In this document: positions 28,484 to 32,000 of the stretch, piece after piece
Layout: every line of letters starts with the position of its first letter
How positions within the stretch are numbered: position 1 is the stretch's first letter
NCBI RefSeq assembly: GCF_051097895.1
Contig: NZ_CP142525.1
Span: 570,001-602,000, forward strand
Source of the DNA: Psychrobacter sp. HD31
Lineage (GTDB): Bacteria > Pseudomonadota > Gammaproteobacteria > Pseudomonadales > Moraxellaceae
Length of the DNA: 32,000 nucleotides
Direction of reading: 5' to 3'
The notes under the pieces: model-generated
Databases searched by the model: none
Told to the model about the DNA's origin: nothing
What the model saw: only the letters and a program-made list of their open reading frames with translations
Program-made: the position numbers and the translations under genes

Positions 28484-28576
28484 CTTTAAAAGTACCATTT
28501 ACAAACAGTACGGCATGATTTATTGTTTTTGCTTTAATCGCATAATCAATGCAAATGCTGTGTGGTACTTTTAAAG
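28484..28576 (+). repeat. Long imperfect inverted repeat (93-nt hairpin) downstream of the S1 peptidase gene
   Basis: The perfect 14-bp arms are ctttaaaagtacca (28484..28497) and tggtacttttaaag (28563..28576). Further partial pairing occurs inside (gcatgatt with aatcaatgc, acag with ctgt). The tail cttttc follows. Confidence 0.6.
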
Positions 28577-28584
28577 CTTTTCAC

Positions 28585-28625
28585 AATAATAAGAAAGTAG
28601 AATTACTGATTTGTTAAATTCTACT
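28585..28625 (-). terminator. Intrinsic terminator downstream of the MATE transporter gene
   Basis: The perfect 9-bp arms are agtagaatt (28596..28604) and aattctact (28617..28625). On the minus strand the tail tttcttattatt follows. Confidence 0.65.
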
Positions 28626-28661
28626 TTAACAAGATGAAATAACCAAAAACTATTACTAATT

Positions 28662-30074
28662 TTAAATCTGCGTACGAGAACTAGAGCTAGAAGACATAGG
28701 GCGGGTAAAACGCCTGAATATTGAAGGCTTTGTAGGCGGTGAACCATTGTTACTAATATCATTGATTAACTTGCTACAAACCGCTACCGAAACAAACGCA
28801 ATTAAAATAGGACCCACAGCCTGCCCAATAATGACACCTTTTGCTCCATAAATGCCTGCCAAAAAATATACAGTTGGGATAACTCCCAAGAAAAACTTTG
28901 CATAATTAAAAAAGGTAGAATACAGCGGATAACCAAGGCTATTAAATGCTGAGTTGGTAGAAAACAAAACTCCATCTGCAATAAAAAACAAGGTTAAGCC
29001 AGAGCAAAAAAGCATCACCAAATCAGATGCCTCGGCAGATAGATTAAAAGCACCTACCAAATACGATTTTGTTAAAAATATAACAAGCGTAACCAATACC
29101 ACCACCGCAATGACAAACTTGATGGCATCATGATAAATTTGTTTAATACGCGTATATTCACCTGCACCGAAATTTTGCCCAATGATGGGGCTAATTGCAC
29201 CAGACAATGCAAACAATATAGCAAATGCAACTGGGATAATTCGACCAATAGTCGCAAAAGCAGCAACAGCAGAATCACCATATTTTGCAATTGCCGTCAT
29301 TACAAACGTTGAGCCAATAGGCGTGGCTAAATTGGTTAAAACAGCGGGTACAGCAAGTTTGGCAACTTTGGGAGCATCTGCTATAACACCTTTAACCGTT
29401 GGTAAAACAAACATTTTATGTATTTTAACCAAACAATACATGGCATACAGCATTAATGTAATACGTGAGATAAAAGAGGCAATTGCAGCCCCAGCGATGC
29501 CCATATCCAAGCTAAAAATAAGCAGTGGATCTAAAACCAAATTAACCAGTGCAGCAAACAAGGTTGCATTCATAGAGCGTTTGGCATCGCCAATCGCTCT
29601 TAATACCGAGCTTGCCACCATGCCAAGTACCATAATAACGCTAGAAGGTAGTAAAATAGTTAAATATGTAATAGATAGCTCAAGTGTACGACCTTTTGCG
29701 CCAAGCATTTGCAATATGGGTTCTAACTGCCAAAACAAAATTAGGGTAATGCTTGCAACTAAAGTAAAAGCAATCACTAACGCACTGGCAGCAATATTTT
29801 TGGCTTGGTTAACTTGCTTTGCGCCAATACGTTGAGACACTAAGATACCACTGGCAATTAATAGGCCAATTGATATGCCAGTAACATAAAAAAGTACTTG
29901 GGCACTAAAGCCAACAGCCGCTGCCATTGCTTGCTCACCAAGCATGTTTAAAAAGTATAAATCAATTAAATCGACCAAAAATAACGCCATAATGCCAATG
30001 GTGTTAGTTAAGGTCATAACGACGACATGCCGAAGGGTAGAGCCAGTTACAAAACTGGCTTTTGTGTTGGACAT
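28662..30074 (-). CDS. MATE-family multidrug/efflux transporter
   Basis: The 470-aa ORF has about 12 TM helices and an internal two-fold repeat typical of MATE (NorM/DinF-like) proteins. The C-terminal tail is Ser-rich. Confidence 0.8.
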   Translation of the reverse strand: MSNTKASFVTGSTLRHVVVMTLTNTIGIMALFLVDLIDLYFLNMLGEQAMAAAVGFSAQVLFYVTGISIGLLIASGILVSQRIGAKQVNQAKNIAASALVIAFTLVASITLILFWQLEPILQMLGAKGRTLELSITYLTILLPSSVIMVLGMVASSVLRAIGDAKRSMNATLFAALVNLVLDPLLIFSLDMGIAGAAIASFISRITLMLYAMYCLVKIHKMFVLPTVKGVIADAPKVAKLAVPAVLTNLATPIGSTFVMTAIAKYGDSAVAAFATIGRIIPVAFAILFALSGAISPIIGQNFGAGEYTRIKQIYHDAIKFVIAVVVLVTLVIFLTKSYLVGAFNLSAEASDLVMLFCSGLTLFFIADGVLFSTNSAFNSLGYPLYSTFFNYAKFFLGVIPTVYFLAGIYGAKGVIIGQAVGPILIAFVSVAVCSKLINDISNNGSPPTKPSIFRRFTRPMSSSSSSRTQI

Positions 30075-30187
30075 TTATTTTACTTATTGGTTAGGCTGCT
30101 AAAACACAAGTTTTGACTTGATTGTTTGACAGCAATTTGAAGGGATAAACAGCTTATTATTAAATCAGTTGTTCTTTTAAAGCCTTG

Positions 30188-30997
30188 TTATTTTAAGACA
30201 TTGAGCTGATCAGCACTAAGTTTTTTAATTTCTTTTTCGCAATAGTCTGGATCAAGTTTGCAAATCACCTTTTGCAGCTCATCGATACGAGCTTCGGACT
30301 CTTGTATGTGCTCAAGCATAGTCGCAAAGGCATTTGCAACTGGGTCTTTCTTATCGTCTTGCAAGTCTAAATCAATGCCATAAGCATTAAAGGCTTTTTC
30401 TAAATCTTGATGCTGGCTATCTTGTGATTTTTCTTCTTTTGGCTTCGCTTTGGTAATCATGCGAGCAGCACTGCCTACCATAGTGGCGTTTTCTGGCACA
30501 GCTTTAACCACCACCGCATTAGAACCAATTTTGGCATTTTTACCCACGGTAAAAGGTCCTAAAACTTTGGCGCCTGCGCCAACAACCACACCATCTTCAA
30601 GGGTTGGGTGTCTTTTGCCTTTATCTAACGACACACCGCCCAAGGTCACACCCTGATAAAGAGTAACGTCGTCCCCAATTTCGGCAGTTTCTCCAATTAC
30701 AACCCCCATGCCATGGTCAATAAAAAAACGTTTACCAATTTTAGCAGCAGGGTGGATTTCTATCCCCGTTAACATGCGTGAGCCATAAGAAACCCCGCGC
30801 GCAAGCGACTTTTGATTATGATTCCATAATCCATTAGCAGCACGATGCAATAATAAAGCTTGTATACCAGGGTAAGTTAACAAAACCTCTATTTGATTGC
30901 GGGCTGCGGGATCTCGGTCAAAAACAGCATTAATATCCTCATGCAGTTCTGACTTTGTTTTTTTAAGTGATTTAATCACAGAAATGAGCGATGGCAT
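30188..30997 (-). CDS. cysE: Serine O-acetyltransferase
   Basis: The ORF shows DPAARN...[13 protein letters not shown] and the left-handed beta-helix hexapeptide core [43 protein letters not shown]-terminal extension of about 85 aa is present. Confidence 0.9.
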   Translation of the reverse strand: MPSLISVIKSLKKTKSELHEDINAVFDRDPAARNQIEVLLTYPGIQALLLHRAANGLWNHNQKSLARGVSYGSRMLTGIEIHPAAKIGKRFFIDHGMGVVIGETAEIGDDVTLYQGVTLGGVSLDKGKRHPTLEDGVVVGAGAKVLGPFTVGKNAKIGSNAVVVKAVPENATMVGSAARMITKAKPKEEKSQDSQHQDLEKAFNAYGIDLDLQDDKKDPVANAFATMLEHIQESEARIDELQKVICKLDPDYCEKEIKKLSADQLNVLK

Positions 30998-31044
30998 ATT
31001 ATTCTCTATAATTATTAACAGTTATTAAATATATTATCTAAATG

Positions 31045-31914
31045 TTATTTTAGCAATTTAGTAAGCTTGCCGACAACCGCATTTATCATTTGTAATTCTT
31101 TTTGGTCTAACTGGATGCGTGAGTTAAGCCGCTTTATACGTTGTGGTAACAAGCCCAAATTGTCATTATCTGCAAGCTCAAGCTTTTGCATGAGCTCAAT
31201 TAATCGGCTGTTTAGTTGTTCTATCTGCTGATGGCTGGCAGCTGGTGTATCCCAATCTTGCCTAATATAGTGTATTAAACCATCATTTGTATTAGTACAA
31301 TCCTGTGTTTCTGTTATAGCTTGCTTGTTGATAACTTGTTTATTATTATCATCCAACAAATCATCTACATGGCTATAAATAAAGCTGGTGATTACTTGCA
31401 CAGCTGATGCGACATTTAACACAGGGTAAGCAGGGTTTGCATCTATTTGGATATGATAATCGGCACTTGCCAGCTCATCATTTGTTAGCCCTCTGTCTTC
31501 ACGACCAAATAAAATGCTAATAATTGGCGCTTCATCTTTGTTGGTTTTTGTACCATCAAAAGATGTATCTAAACCAAGCTTATCAATAAATTGGCAAATA
31601 ACTTTAGCAGCTGTAGCAGGATTAACTACCGGGCGTGGTATGGTACGGCTACGGCTACTTGCAGCCAAAATCAGTTGGCTGTTAGCAATTGCTTCATCCA
31701 AACTATCAACCACATTTACCGCATCTAAAATATGTGTTGCCCCAGCAGCGTGCGAATAACTACTGTCATCAATGGGCAGTTTGGGGTTTACCACCGTGAG
31801 CTTACTTAAGCCCATGGTATGCATAGCACGTGCAGCAGAGCCAATATTGGCAGGTAATGTGGTATTAACCATTACAATTTGGATATTAGATAAATAAAGT
31901 TGATTGATAGACAT
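31045..31914 (-). CDS. trmJ: tRNA (cytidine/uridine-2'-O)-methyltransferase TrmJ (SpoU/TrmH class)
   Basis: The ORF shows IQIVMVNTTLPANIGSAARAMHTMGL, ILFGREDRGLTNDEL and LNVASAVQVI. The gene lies 47 nt upstream of cysE, so the two are probably co-transcribed. Confidence 0.85.
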   Translation of the reverse strand: MSINQLYLSNIQIVMVNTTLPANIGSAARAMHTMGLSKLTVVNPKLPIDDSSYSHAAGATHILDAVNVVDSLDEAIANSQLILAASSRSRTIPRPVVNPATAAKVICQFIDKLGLDTSFDGTKTNKDEAPIISILFGREDRGLTNDELASADYHIQIDANPAYPVLNVASAVQVITSFIYSHVDDLLDDNNKQVINKQAITETQDCTNTNDGLIHYIRQDWDTPAASHQQIEQLNSRLIELMQKLELADNDNLGLLPQRIKRLNSRIQLDQKELQMINAVVGKLTKLLK

Positions 31915-32000
31915 TTGATTACTTAAAACTAAAACAATTGCCTGTTAGTCTAACACGAATTTAAGCATAGTTTTGGGCATACTAATTATATATAAGCGTT

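Noticed and set aside
29182-29835. A 217-aa plus-strand ORF antisense to the MATE transporter gene.
   Set aside because: This is a shadow ORF. In this antisense frame, stops arise only opposite Tyr, His or Gln codons that follow a codon ending in T or C. Those codons are rare in a hydrophobic membrane protein. The ORF has no SD, no recognisable motifs, and a product that is Ala/Ile-rich mirror-image noise.
1-32000. A window-wide look for CRISPR repeats, tRNA/rRNA/tmRNA/SRP/RNase P signatures, IS inverted repeats with transposase, integrases, phage genes, toxin-antitoxin pairs, and restriction-modification or other defence genes.
   Set aside because: None was recognised by eye. All long ORFs are accounted for by housekeeping or transporter functions except those flagged in the findings. 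A covariance-model scan (tRNAscan or Infernal) would be needed to exclude small RNAs formally.

Overview
This window looks like a mostly ordinary, AT-rich chromosomal core region of a gammaproteobacterium. A Moraxellaceae-like origin is my inference from protein sequences and gene order only. I support 25 protein-coding genes, almost all housekeeping.

- **Left third:** secD (partial, hand-translated because it is absent from the ORF track), yajC, a CNNM/DUF21-CBS transporter, an exported small protein, a very large multi-LysM MltD lytic transglycosylase, Nif3/YbgI and a membrane-anchored DegS-like protease.
- **Middle:** a GTPase/DUF3482-like protein, an ABC1/ADCK-type atypical kinase, purD, an alpha/beta hydrolase, apt and transaldolase.
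- **Aromatic block:** pheA, hisC and a tyrA-aroA fusion. It is split by an opposite-strand amino-acid ABC importer whose permease and ATPase are fused.
- **Right third:** rarD, folB, a divergent folK, a MATE exporter, cysE and trmJ.

Several clean Rho-independent terminators, some bidirectional, delimit the transcription units. I found no rRNA, tRNA, CRISPR array, transposase, integrase, phage gene or recognisable defence or toxin module.

I do not see a convincing novel multi-gene system. The loci most worth a second look are:

1. The only accessory-looking stretch (about 26.5-28.7 kb), which holds a small membrane zinc-ribbon protein and a cysteine-free trypsin-fold lipoprotein in very AT-rich DNA.
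2. The co-oriented pair of uncharacterised enzymes, the ABC1 kinase and the GTPase/DUF3482-like protein.
3. The fused ABC importer inside the aromatic gene block, next to a perfect 17-bp palindrome upstream of tyrA-aroA.

All functional calls come from reading the translations. No database search was possible.
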